From: Mustelus asterias
Taxonomy: Eukaryota
Assembly (NCBI RefSeq): GCF_964213995.1
Contig: NW_027592246.1
Span: forward strand, 1-59,564
DNA: 59,564 nucleotides
Reading direction: 5' to 3'
In this document: positions 12,194 to 24,963 of the stretch, one piece after another
Position numbering within the stretch: position 1 is the first letter of the stretch
Layout of the letters: every line of letters starts with the position of its first letter
Notes under the pieces: generated by a model
Seen by the model: only the letters and a program-made list of their open reading frames with translations
The model's database searches: none
What the model was told of the DNA's origin: nothing
Position numbers and translations under genes: made by a program

Positions 12194-12500
12194 CATAGAA
12201 TCATAGAATCCCTCCTGTGCAGAAGGAGGCCATTCAGCCCATCGAGTCTGCACCGACCACAATCCCACCCAGGCCCTATTCTCTCAACCCCTCATATTTA
12301 CCCTGCTAATCCCCCGACACTAGGGTTAATTTAGCATAGCCAATCAACCTAACCTGCACATCTTTGGACTGTGGGAGAAAACCGGAGCATCCGGGGAAAC
12401 CCATGCAGACACGGGGAGAATGTGCAAACTCCACACAGATAGTGACCTGAGACCGGAATTGAACCCAGGTCCCTGGCGCTGTGAGGTAGCAGTGCTAACA
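12194..12500 (-). mobile_element. HE1-like V-SINE (5'-truncated)
   Basis: Reverse complement of the 10096 SINE. TAACA is present at both flanks. Confidence 0.85.
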
Positions 12501-12815
12501 GTTGAATAATATTTAAAAGTGAATGGAAAGAACTTTAATTTAATTTCTAACTTATTTCAGTTCCAAATAAGCAACATTCCTCTGACCAATGTAAATGCCA
12601 CTTTAAATAGTTAGCAACCATAAATATACTTGCTATAATGAGTATAGACTGCCTTGAAACTTCCAGAGAGAAGACAAGCCTCAGAGCAGCTTGTGGAAAC
12701 CCTCTATCAACAAAAAGTCCTCGATGAGCTTCCAGCTCTGACAGGTAACTGAAACTCTCCTCACAGTCTCCACATTTTCACAGTTTCTCCCTAATTTTAA
12801 ATCCAATCACAATAG

Positions 12816-13939
12816 TTACTTGTGAATTTCCTGGTGTGTCAGAAGATTCAATGAGGTAACATATCCCTTCCCACACTGCAAGCAGGTGAACGGCCCCTCC
12901 CCAGTGTGAACTCAATGATGTATTGGTAGTTTAGATGACTAATTGAATCCCTTCCCACACACAGAGCAGGTGAATGGCCTCTCCCTAATGTGAATTTGCT
13001 GGTGTGTGAACAAGGTGGCTGACTGAGCAAATCCCTTTCCACACTGGGAACAGGTGAATGGCCTCTCCCCAGTGTGAACTCGCTGGTGTTTCAACAAAGT
13101 AGATAAGTCAGCAAATCCCTTCCCACACTGGGAGCAAGTGAATGGCCTTTCCTGAGGCGCAGCACAGTGGTTAGCACTGCTGCCTCCCAGTTCCAGGGAC
13201 CTGGGTTCGATTCCCGGCTTGGGTCACTGTCTGTGTGGAGTTTGCACATTCTCCCCGTGTCTGCGTGCGTTTCCTCCGGGTGCTCCGGTTTCCTCCCACA
13301 GTCCAAAGATGTGCGGGTTAGGGCATTGGCCATGCTAAATTGACCCTTAGTGCCCTGGGATGTGTAGGTTAGAGGTATTAGTGGGGTAAATGTGTGGGGT
13401 TGTGGGGATACTGCCTGGTGGGATTATTGCCGGTGCAGACTCTATGGGCCGAATGGCCGCCTTCTGTACTGTAGGGTTTCTATGATTCTATGAGTATGAG
13501 TTCGCTGGTGTATCAGCAGAGTGGATGAGTGAGCGAATCCCTTCCCACATTCAGAGCAGGTGAACGGTTTCTCCCCAGTGTGAACTCGCTGGTGTATTGC
13601 GAGGTTGGATGACTGATTGAATCCCTTCCCACACTGGGAGCAGGTGAACGGCCTCTCCTCAGCATGAGTCCTTTGATGTATATTTAAGCTGGATAACTGA
13701 GTGAATTCCTTCCCACATTGAGAGCAGGTAAACGGCCTCTCCCCAGTGTGGCTGCGTCGATGAGTTTCCAGCAGGGATGGGTAATTGAATTCCTTCCCAC
13801 AATCCTCACACTTCCATGCCATCTCCCTGTTGTGACTGCAATTATGTTCCTAAAGGCTGGATGATTGGTTGAAGTCTTGTCCACAAACAGAACACGTGTA
13901 CAGTTTCTCTCCACTGTGAATGGTGCTTTTTTCTTCCAT
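12816..13939 (-). pseudogene. ZNF-C: inverted paralogue of ZNF-B, disrupted by a SINE; residual 126-aa 4-finger ORF at 13442..13822
   Basis: Collinear with ZNF-B from MEEKSTIHS to HK*. TAG at 13850-13852, SINE at 13157-13490, and further stops at 12939-12941 and 12912-12914. Confidence 0.85.
13157..13490 (+). mobile_element. HE1-like V-SINE inserted in the ZNF-C finger linker
   Basis: Near-complete SINE. TGAG at 13153-13156 and 13491-13494. Removing the insert restores HTQERPF. Confidence 0.9.
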
Positions 13940-15470
13940 GTACAAAATACAATGATATTCAGGTTACAATAAATTGGCCGATTCCATCAGATTCTGATGT
14001 CATGTTTTGTTTCAGTTTCTCAACTGCAAATCCCCCTCTTGTAAACCCTGTGAAATTGAAAAAAGTGAGTGAAAAAGAACCCACAAAAACACAAAGGCGG
14101 ATTGTGAAATTGAGCTGAATGAATCTGGTCATTTGTGGGGCCGGCATGAGCGATTGGATTGTCATAAAATGTTTGCTGATGTCCTTGAGGGAAAGAAACC
14201 TGCCACCTGGTCTGGGTCTACACAAGACTCTGGGCACTGTGGGAGGAGTTAGAGAGAAATAGGAGAGGCCGAGGGTGAAGGCGAGGTTTAAAGATTATTT
14301 ATACATCTACAACTTGACGATAACTTTGACAGAATCTCCCAAACCCTCAACCTCCACCACCGAGAAGGATCAGGATAGCAGATAGATGTGAACAGCATCA
14401 CCTCCAAGTTCCTCCAACTCACACATCATCCTGACTTATCTCACTTCTAGTATTGAAAGAACAGACATTTATTTCATATCAATACTGGGAAGACTGAACC
14501 TATTGTCTTCAATCCCCACTACAAATTCCATTCCCTCGCCAGCAACTCTATCCCTCTTCTTGCCAAGTGTCTGAGACTGAACCAGGCTGTTCACAATCCT
14601 GGTGAAATATTTCACCCCGAGTTGAGCTTCCAGCCACATATCCAGATCATCATCAAGACCCGCCCATTTCCACCCCAACAACATCACCCGACTCCACCCC
14701 AGTCTTAGCTCATCTGGAACCCTCATCCATTCTATTAACAACCTGAAATTCAGGGTGTAAGAAGAATTTTCTCAGGTGTCCCCCTGGGGTGCTCTGCATT
14801 TTGCTGAACCTCTCTCAACCAATACACAGACTGCAAAAGACAGCATATAGTTAAAGAATGAAAAGGAATTTATTTGCAAATGCATGCATCAGGAGAGAGA
14901 CACAGTCAATGTCCTCGCTGAGCTAATATTGCAAGGTTAAATTATTATATTATTCTCAACATTTCAAAATCCTACCCAGTCTTGTCAATCAGACTGGAGG
15001 CCCAATCACAATATTACCCATTATTATCTGAGCCAATTACGTTCCACCTGTCAACAGGAATAAGCGATTATTCGCTTATTGTCCATGTAGGTTCCTTCCC
15101 CTTTACCGAGGAAACCGAACCCATGTCATTCCAGTAACCAAGGCCATAACTAACACCTGCCAATTTTAATTGGTGAAAGGAGTCACTCTTTCACTGGAAC
15201 CAGGGCCTCCTTTATCAGCTTGAGAGACTGCTCCAGCCTCACTGCCCATGAACGGATTTACTCCCTTAAATACCAAGCCATTAAACTTGCCTTTCGCATA
15301 TCCAGAAGCTGTCTTTCTGTGCTCCATTGTATTAAAAGAATTCAGCCTGTCCACCACTATTTCCCATCATGCTGCATTCGGAACGAAGTTGGCCAAGGCA
15401 CAATACATATATATTGAAAATACAGTTTAAGCTTATAATACTTGGTTAATTTGTGGTTATTCAGTTTATA

Positions 15471-17390
15471 ATAGAACATAGAACAGTACAGCACAGAACA
15501 GGCCCTTCGGCCCACGATGTTGTGCCGAGCTTTATCTGAAACCAAGATCAAGCTATCCCACTCCCTATCATCCTGGTGCGCTCCATGTGCCTATCCAATA
15601 ACCGCTTAAATGTTCCTAAAGTGTCTGACTCCACTATCACTGCAGGCAGTCCATTCCACACCACAACCACTCTCTGCATAAAGAACCTACCTCTGATATC
15701 CTTCCTATATCTCCCACCATGAACCCTATAGTTATGCCCCCTTGTAATAGCTCCATCCACCTGAGGAAATAGTCTTTGAACGTTCACTCTATCTATCCCC
15801 TTCATCATTTTATAAACCTCTATTAAGTCTCCCCTCAGCCTCCTCCGCTCCAGAGAGAACAGCCCTAGCTCCCTCAACCTTTCCTCATAAGACCTACCCT
15901 CCAAACCAGGCAGCATCCTGGTAAATCTCCTCTGCACTCTTTCCAGCGCTTCCACATCCTTCTTAAAGTGAGGTGACCAGAACTGCACACAATATTCCAA
16001 ATGTGGTCTCACCAAGGTTCTGTACAGTTGCTGCATAACCCCACGGCTCTTAAACTCCAACCACTTGTTAATAAAAGCTAACACACTCTAGGCCTTCTTC
16101 ACAGCTCTATCCACTTGAGTGGCAACCTTTAGAGATCTGTGGATATGGACCCCAAGATCTCTCTGTTCCTCCACAGTCTTCAGAACCCTACCTTTGACTC
16201 TGTAATCCACATGTAAATTAGTCCTACCAAAATGAATCACCTCACATTTATCAGGGTTAAACTCCATTTGCCATTTTTCAGCCCAGCTTTGCATCCTATC
16301 TATGTCTCTTTGCAGCCTACAACAGCCCTCCACCTCATCCACTACTCCACCAATCTTGGTGTCATCAGCAAATTTACTGATCCACCCTTCAGCCCCCTCC
16401 TCTAAGTCATTAATAAAAATCACAAAGAGCAGAGGACCAAGCACTGGTCCCTGTGGCACTCCGCTAGCAACCTGCCTCCAATCCAAAAATTTTCCATCCA
16501 CCACCACCCTCTGTCTTCGATCAGACAGCCAGTTACTTATCCAATCGGCCAACTTTCCCTCTATCCCACACCTCCTCACTTTCATCATAAGCCGACCATG
16601 GGAGACTTTATCAAATGCCTTAGTAAAATCCATGTATATGACATCAACTGCCCTACCTTCATCAACACACTTAGTTACCTCTTCAAAAGATTCTATCAAA
16701 TTTGTGAGGCACGACTTGCCCTTCACCAATCCGTGCTGACTATCCCGGATTAATCCGCATCTTTCTAAATGGTCGTAAATCCCATCCCTAAGGACCTCTT
16801 TCATCAATTTACCAACCACCGAAGTAAGACTAACCGGTCTATAATTACCAGGGTCATTTCTATTCCGTTTCTTAAACAGAGGAACAACATTCCCAACTCT
16901 CCAATTCTCTGGCACCATCCCCGTGGACAGTGAGGACCCAAAGATCAAAGCCAAAGTCTCTGCAATCTCATCCCTTGCCTCCCAAAGAATCCTAGGATAT
17001 ATTTCATCAGGCCCATGGGACTTATCGACCTTCAGTTTATTCAAAACTGCCAGGAAATCCTCCCTCCGAACATCTATTTCCTCCAGCCTATTAGCCTGTA
17101 ACACCTTATCTTCCTCAAAAACATGGCCCCTCTCCTTGGTGAACACTGAAGAAAAGTATTCATCACCTCGCCTATCTCTACTGACTCCATACACAAGTTC
17201 CCACGACTGTCCTTGACTGGCCCTAACCTCACCCTGGTCATTCTTTTATTCCTCACATAAGAGTAAAAAGCCTTGGGGTTTTCCTTGATCCGACCCGCCA
17301 AGGACTTCTCATGTCCCCTCCTAGCTCTCCTAAGCCCCCTTTTCAGCTTGTTCCTTGCTAACTTGTAACCCTCAATCGAGCCCATAAAAG
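15471..17390 (-). mobile_element. Young 5'-truncated CR1-clade (HER1-like) LINE with near-intact RT
   Basis: ORFs 17074..17415, 16088..17194 and 15548..16084 (one frameshift, one TAG). Motifs YRPVSLTS, YMDFTKAFDKV, SGVPQGPVLGP and FADD. Tail (ATAGAAC)n on +. Confidence 0.95.
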
Positions 17391-18543
17391 GCTGCTGAAG
17401 AAGATTAGGGCGCACGGAGTTGGGGGTAGTGTGTTAAAGTGGATTGGGGACTGGCTATCCGACAGGAAGCAAAGAGTCGGAATAAATGGGTGTTTTTCCG
17501 GTTGGAGGAAGGTAACTAGTGGCGTGCCGCAGGGATCGGTACTCGGGCCGCAACTATTTACCATTTATATAGATGATCTGGAGGAGGGGACGGAGTGTAG
17601 GGTAACGAAGTTTGCAGACGACACAAAGATAAGTGGAAAAGTGAATCGTGTGGAGGACGGAGAAGATCTGCAGAGAGATTTGGACAGGCTGAGTGAGTGG
17701 GCAAGGATATGGCAAATGGAGTATAACGTTGATAAATGCGAGGTTATACACTTTGGAGGAAATAATAACAAATGGGATTACTATCTCAATGGAAACAAAT
17801 TAAAACATGCTACCGTGCAAAGGGACCTGGGGGTCCTTGTGCATGAGACGCAAAAGCCCAGTCTGCAGGTACAACAGGTGATCAAGGCGGCAAATGGGAT
17901 GTTGGCCTATATTGCGAGGGGGATAGAATATAAAAGCAGGGATGACTTGATGCACCTGTACAGGGCATTGGTGAGGCCGCAGCTGTAATACTGTGTGCAG
18001 TATTGGTCCCCTTATATGAGGAAGGACATATTGGCATTGGAGGGAGTGCAGAGAAGGTTCACCAGGTTGATACCGGAGATGAGGGGTTTGGATTATGAGG
18101 AGAGGCTGAGGAGATTGGGTTTGTACTCGTTGGAGTTTAGAAGGATGAGGGGGGATCTTATGGAGACTTATAAGATAATGCGGGGGCTGGATAGGGTGGA
18201 GGCGGAGAGATTCTTTCCACTTAGTAAGGAAGTTAAAACGAGAGGACACAACCTCAAAATAAAGGGGGGTCGGTTTAAGACAGAGTTGAGGAGGAACTTC
18301 TTCTCCCAGAGGGTGGTGAATCTCTGGAATTCTCTGCCCACTGAGGTGGTGGAGGCTACCTCGCTGAATATGTTTAAAGCGCGGATGGATGGATTCCTGA
18401 TCGGTAAGGGAATTAAGGGTTATGGGGATCAGGCGGGTAAGTGGTACTGATCCACGTCAGATCAGCCATGATCTTATTGAATGGCGGGGCAGGCTCGAGG
18501 GGCTAGATGGCCTACTCCTGCTCCTATTTCTTATGTTCTTATG
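17391..18543 (+). mobile_element. Young 5'-truncated CR1-clade LINE, second subfamily
   Basis: ORFs 17431..17988 and 17995..18450 are in frame and separated by one TAA. Motifs SGVPQGSVLGP and FADD. Tail (TTCTTATG)n. Confidence 0.95.
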
Positions 18544-18769
18544 AGCCATCTGAACCTTGTTTCCTCATCCCTACATAAGCTTCCCTCTTCCTTTTCATAT
18601 TTTCATATTTCTTTTCACATTTCATACCTTTGCATATATTCCACGCACATTGTGAATTCTCAGTACATATACAGTAAGGCACTTTATAATTACCTTAACT
18701 TAGTCAATTTATTTTAGAAAAAATGAAATGAAGGGTCTCATACTAGGAATTCTATATCACCCCCCATCA

Positions 18770-20097
18770 GTCCGTGATTGCAGAAACTGAGCAGTCACAG
18801 GAATGTGGTCAAGATAGTCCAGTCCCACAATGCCTCACATTCAATCTGCAGTCCTTCAATTATAACAGAATATGTGGCTGTATGTAGCTGCCTCGGCCGT
18901 AGTCAACCCCAACACTGCCTTCTTGAACTGTTGCAATGCCTGAGGTGTAAGTACATCCACAGTGCTGTTAGGGAGGGATTTCCAGCTACACATCCCAGAT
19001 TTTCATTGAACTGTAGGTGGATACCAGATTGATATATTCCATTCAACCACACCCAAGATGAATTGTTCAAATTCCTTTATTGTCCAGGACAATATATTCA
19101 CAATCATAGAAATCATGGAAATCCTACAGTACAGAAAGAGGCCATTCAGCCCATCGAGTTTGCATCGACCACAATCCCACCCAGGCCCTACCCCCATATC
19201 CCTACATATTGTACCCACTAATCCCTCTAATCTACGCATCCCAGGACACTAAGGGGCAATTTTAGCATGGCCAATCAACCTAACCCGCACATCTTTGGAC
19301 TGTGGGAGGAAACCGGAGCACCCGGAGGAAACCCACGCAGACACGGGGAGAATGTGCAAACTCCGCACAGACAGTGACCCAAGCCGGGAATTGAACCCAG
19401 GTCCCTGGAGCTGTGAAGCAGCAGTGCTAACCACTGTGCTACCGTGCCGCCAATCTCTTTCAAACAGAAATTAAACATTCCCATTTGATTTCAGGTATTA
19501 ACATATTCTGTTCGTTTGTTCTTTATTGTCGATGTCAGGCTGGGGTTGTTCCTCTTGGAGCAAAGGAGGTTGAGGGGAGATTTGATAGAGGTGGACAAGA
19601 TTCTGACAGGTTGAGATAAGGTGGACAAAGAAAAGCTGTTCTCATTAGCTGATGAGACAAGGACGAGGGGGACATAGGTTTAAGGTTTTGGGTCAGAGAT
19701 GGGGGTGGGGGGGGGGGGATGTGAGGAAGAATATTTTGATGCAGCGAATGGTAATGATCTGGAACTCGCTGCCTACGAGAGTGGAGGAAGTGGAGACAAT
19801 AAACAATTACAAAGGAAATTGGATGGGCATTGGGAGGTTTCAAACAAAAATGCTGACTAAATATCTCTGAACTTCCTCACACCCTGTCACTCTGTGATCC
19901 GTGTGAAATCTGAAACCAGGTATTTGCAACAAGACTCAAAGAGCATCAGCCCACTGGAGACAAAGTCATGAGACCGGCCAGTCCAGCAGAAAGAAACCCT
20001 CCGACCCTCCCCATTGACCAACTGTGAGAATGAACAAAATGCAGTCCTGGATGTAACTGAGAGCAGAAACAATAACAGCAGAATCCTACCCCTGGAA
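18770..20097. repeat. Duplicated ZNF 3'-flank block, including a short CR1 fragment at about 19535-19830
   Basis: Direct copy at about 39830-40800. Inverted partial copies at about 26435-27620 and 53270-54020. Confidence 0.85.
19103..19449 (-). mobile_element. Full-length HE1-like V-SINE
   Basis: Reverse complement of the 10096 SINE. CAATC at both flanks. The paralogous site near 40160 is empty. Confidence 0.9.
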
Positions 20098-20508
20098 TCA
20101 CTCGTGAACTTGTTGGTGTCTCAGCAGGGCAGATGAAGCTCTGAAACCCTTACCACACTGAGAGCAGGTGAATGGCTTCTCCCCAGTGTGAACTCGCAGG
20201 TGGGATGACCGAGTGAATCCCTCCCCACATTGAGAGCAGGTGAACAGTTTCTCCCCAGTGTGAACTCGCTGGTGTGTCTGCAGGTTGGATAACTGACTGA
20301 ATCCCTCCCCACACTGAGAGCAGGTGAATGGTCTCTCCCCAGTGTGAACTCGCTGGTGTATCTGCAGGCTGGATAACTGAGTAAACCCTTTCCCACAATC
20401 AGAGCAGGTGAATGGTCTCCCCCCAGTGTGGCTGCGCCGATGAGTTTCTAGCAGAGATGGGTAATTGAATCCCTTCCCACAGTCCCCACATTTCCACGGT
20501 TTCTCCAT
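20098..20508 (-). CDS. ZNF-D: short C2H2 protein, 5 finger units (unit 4 has a 12-nt deletion)
   Basis: ATG of [10 protein letters not shown] at 20508 in CACCATGG context. Unit 4 reads [10 protein letters not shown], four codons shorter than its neighbours. Confidence 0.8.
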   Translation of the reverse strand: MEKPWKCGDCGKGFNYPSLLETHRRSHTGGRPFTCSDCGKGFTQLSSLQIHQRVHTGERPFTCSQCGEGFSQLSNLQTHQRVHTGEKLFTCSQCGEGFTRSSHLRVHTGEKPFTCSQCGKGFRASSALLRHQQVHE

Positions 20509-20558
20509 GGTGCGGGTGTCCTTGTGACTCTCCAGGTTAAACAATCAGTTCAATCTCA

Positions 20559-20699
<141 letters not shown>

Positions 20700-22189
20700 T
20701 CACATTTATGCAAAAAAAAAGTCTGAAGCAGACAGAACAGAAAAGTATTTCTCCTTTTAGATTGAAAGGCCGATGGTATTCAGGTCCAGATGAACTAAAT
20801 GACTGTCAGAATTTGACATGACATTTGTTCGAGATTTCTGTCTGTCAATCCTCACCTTCTCATATTCTGTGAAAGGAGGTTACAAAAGTCATCACTGTCA
20901 GCACAGATTAGAAATTCAGAACAGACAATTCTAGTTTCTATGGAACATTGTTTCCTCTCTCATTCCCCAAAAGCTGTGAATCTCCATCCCACACACTCTC
21001 CCTCCATTCTCACTCTGCTGAATCTAATATTCACCCTCCCAATTCAAATGTGTTTAATGGATAGAATTGTTTCAGTTGGCTAAGATACAGGGGGCTATAA
21101 TTGATCATGATCTTGAACTACTTGTGAGGGTGTTCAAGCAGAGATGATCAATAACTTGGAAATGAAATTGGAGGTGCTGCAGAATGGGATCCACTCGACA
21201 CTGACAGAAAGTCGGCATGGTCCCAAGTGGTCCAATGGACTCCTTCTGTGCTGTAATGACTCTATTACTGGAAATATATCACGTAGCTACAAGTTAGGGC
21301 TCAGGTTAGAAACTCCAAAATGTTTTATGGAGCCCGCCTGAATCATAAGTTTTACATCTTGAATTTGGCATGAAATGTTTCACTTCAGGTATGATTCAAA
21401 TGACCCACCTTTTCACAAAGTTTACTTAAGAATATAGTTAACATGTTTAGTAAGAAAATTAGCAAGAACTTTTAGCAATTACAAACAAAACAAAACAACC
21501 AAGATAATGCATAACCCATCAACAGCAGAATATTTTCTTCAGGAAGGCAAGACCTTGCTTTCAGATAACCAACAGAATTTCCAAATAAAACAGGGGAGAG
21601 AAAGCGAGAGAGACGTCTCTTTTCAGCGTGATGCCCCTTCTAAAACTAAACTGCATCTCAGAACTGAAAATGAAAGAACTTCTGTCACCTGACCTGCAAC
21701 CAGTTTTTTATCCACAAATCCCAAGTAAAACCAAACAACCTCTATATAAGCCACTTAAGGAGCAAATAAAGGACTCTTTGTAGACAAGCCGGTGCCATAA
21801 TGTAAAAGAAACTGAAAGGTTTATTTACAACAGCAGGATCATGATTTTGAGATTTAAAAATTCGTAAAGAAACACTAATGTCACACGACCGTACGATATT
21901 ACAGATTAGAAATAATAATAAATGTACATTACTGCAGAACCATACATGTCTAATCTTGCCATATGACAATACTGAACATATCTCTAATCTATATTAATTT
22001 ACAGTCCCCTTAAATGTCAGATATTTCCTGGGGAAACCAGCCCTTTAATTGTGAACATTAGGAAAGGGACCTTTGAGCCAGACAAATCAATGTGTCAAGC
22101 TGAGGGAGCAAAGGATGTCAATGTTTTTAACAGAGAGAGACCTGGGCCAACCTTTCCACAATCTGCACCCTCCCTGGATTCACTTCCTT

Positions 22190-22960
22190 TCCCTTCAGTT
22201 GCTACAAGTCCCCAATTTCCCCCAGAATGAGAAAAGAAATGGAAAGGGGGAGAAAACAAAGTGTTTTACTCACAGATGTTGGAACAGGAGGAAGTTTCAG
22301 TCTGTCTGATGCCCTATCTTCATTCACGCAAAAAAGCCACGCTCTGATTGGCTGGGAAACCTGAGGCCTTCCGGTCCTCCAACTCTTCTCATTGGCCAGA
22401 GCTGGAGAGACAGTGAATCAAAAATGCGCATGTGCGAGTTTTTAGGGTAAATGCGCATGTGCGGGTGTGGGGCGGGGCCCGGACAAAGCCGGCGCACTGA
22501 CCATTGTCTGTCCGGGTCTTCCAGCCTTTCCCCTTGGACAACAGCTCAGCGCGGCTGGAGGGCAAAGTCCCGCCCACCCCCACGTGGGGCTCCGCCCCTC
22601 ATTGTCTGTCTGCGGGGGATTGACCAATGGGAACTCTGGAGGACCGGACGGACTCTGCTCCGGTCCTGCCTCTCACAGGCTCTGGCCAATGGGCATCCTG
22701 GAGGACCGGAAGGACTCCAGCCTCCAGCCAATCAACGCTCCTCCATTGTCTGAATGCGGAAGTGGACAATGAGTTTGTTCAGCTGCTCATTCCTGCCCAG
22801 CAAAACTAACTGCTGCTCTCTCTCTGAATGAAGATTGAGCTTCAGACAGACTCAAACTTCCTCCTGTCTCTCCAACATCTGTGAGTAAAACACTTTCTTT
22901 ACTCCCCCCTTCCATTCCTTTTTTCATTCTGGGGGGAAACTGTTGACTTGCAGCAACTGA
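22190..22960. promoter_or_regulatory. Self-symmetric bidirectional promoter (type B) with inverted first exons for ZNF-D (-) and ZNF-E (+)
   Basis: Arms about 22190-22400 and 22680-22960 are reverse complements. Both end in CCAACATCT|GTGAGTAAAACAC (donors at 22268-22273 on - and 22881-22886 on +). Core has TGCGCATGTGCG twice, GC boxes and CCAAT boxes. Confidence 0.75.
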
Positions 22961-22964
22961 TCAC

Positions 22965-24780
22965 GAGAAATAGAAGCAGGAGTGGCCACCAGGCCCTTCA
23001 TGGCTGATCTGTGCCGGCTTCAACTCCTTTTGTGTGCCTTTTCCCATAGCCCTCTCCTCAATCTATCAACTATTTATCCACCTCCACTTTAAATACTTAT
23101 CGTGGTCTAGCCTCCACCTGTGGGGGAGAGAATTCCAGAGATTCACCACCCTCTGGGGGAAGAAATTTCTGTGCACCTCAGTTTTAAATGACCGACCATT
23201 TAGCTTGTTCGAGACTTTAGCACTTGTAAAATTATCTCACCATCTATCCTGTCAAGCCCCCTCAGGATCTTATGTTTCAATAAAGTCACCTCTTTGTCTT
23301 CAAAGCTTCAAGAATACAGACCTAGACAATTTATTCTCTCTTGATAGGACAACCCTCTCACCCAGGAATTTGCCTGGTGAATCTCCTTTGGACTACATCC
23401 AATGTTATGAAATCCTTGTTTAAGTAAGATCAAAACTACGCAGTATTCCAGGTGAGGCCTCACCAACACAACCCCCCCCCCCCTGTTTTTAAATTCCAAC
23501 CCCTTTGCAATAAAGGTCAAAATTCCATTTTACTTCTTACCTATTGTGGGACCTGCCTGCTAGCTTTTTGTGATTCATGTGCAAGAACATCTAGATCCCT
23601 CTGTACTTCACTCACCTGCAGTGCTGCTCCATGTAGGTAATCTCCCTTTTGATTTCTCCTACTGAAATACATGACCTCCCACTTCCCCACATTAAACTTC
23701 ATTTGCCAGGTTTTCGTCACTCAATCTATTTATATCCCACTGCAGAATCAAAATATCCTCATCACAACATGTCCTTCCACCTACCTTCATATCATTTGGA
23801 GACCTTACATTCTGTTCCTGCCTCCAGGTCATTAATTGAATAATGAACAATTGCGTGCCAAGAACTGATCTCTGTGGTACTCCACTAGTTACATCTTTCC
23901 ACTCTGAAAATGACCCATTTATTCCAACTCTTTGTTTTCTATGTGACGGCCAGTTTTCAATCCATGCTAACACACTTCCATCAATTCCATGGACCTTTAC
24001 TTTATGCACCAGCCTCTTATGTGGCACCTTGACAAATGCCTTTTGGAAATCATAGAACCCCTAGATTGCAGAAGGGGGTCATTTGGCCCATCGAGCCTGC
24101 ACCAACTTTCCAACAGAGCATCTTTCCGAGGCCCTATCTCCATAACCCCAAATTCTTACCCCACTAATCCCCCGAATCTACACATTTTAGAACACAAAGG
24201 GTCAATTTAGCATAGCCAATCCACCTAACCTGCACATCTTTGGAATGTAGGAGGAAACAAGAGCACGCGAAGGAAACCTACTCAGACACGGGGAGAATGT
24301 GCAAATTCCACACAGACTGTCACCCAAGGCCGAAATTGAAGCTGCATCCCTCGCGCTGTGAAGCAACAGTGCTAACCACTGTGCCGCCGTACCACCCTAT
24401 CTAAATACACTACATCTACAGATTGAACTCGATCTACTCTTCCTCTTGCATTCTCAAAGAAATCGAGCAAATTTGTTGAACATGATTTATCTTTCCGAGA
24501 ACCATGTTGCCTTAGTTTGATTATATTCAGCTTTCCTAAATGATTAGTTATTTCCTCTTTGATTATTGACTCCAGCTTCTTGCCAATAATAGATGTTAAA
24601 TTAACTGGCCTATAGTTCCCTGCCTTCTGCCTTTTTGACCAAGGGAATCACATTGGCTGATTTCCAATCTTCTGATACTCTCCCGGAATCTAGCAAGTTA
24701 AGAAAATTTTCAACAAAATTCTCCATTATCTCTCCAGCAACCACCATTAAAAGCCTAGCGTGCAGTTCATTGGATCCTGG
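22965..24780 (-). mobile_element. Old CR1-clade LINE fragments in the ZNF-E intron
   Basis: Peptides VPHKRLVHK..RKQRVGING..SGVPQ, LVRPHLEYC and EDWKSANVIPL. An inverted paralogue lies at about 32505-34210. Confidence 0.8.
24047..24397 (-). mobile_element. Older V-SINE nested in a CR1 fragment
   Basis: V-core and tRNA head on the minus strand. A SINE occupies the equivalent position in the paralogous block (33133-33457). Confidence 0.8.
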
Positions 24781-24897
24781 CAACTGAAGGGAAAGGAAGT
24801 GAATCCAGTCTGTATGTTCCACACATTGTTAGTCCAGTCAGATAGACATATATCTGTCTGGCCGCCTGCATGGAGATTTCCAGCTCTCTGTGTCCAG

Positions 24898-24963
24898 GAC
24901 AGGAAGCAGTGAGCATGGATCTGTCAATCCGCCTCAATCAGCACCTTCAGGAGAATTGGGAGG
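24898..24963 (+). other. Candidate 66-nt middle exon of ZNF-E
   Basis: tctctgtgtccAG|GACAGG...GGGAGG|GTgaat. The same segment is conserved upstream of ZNF-F (about 32325-32392, -) and ZNF-G (about 42215-42282, -). Confidence 0.45.
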
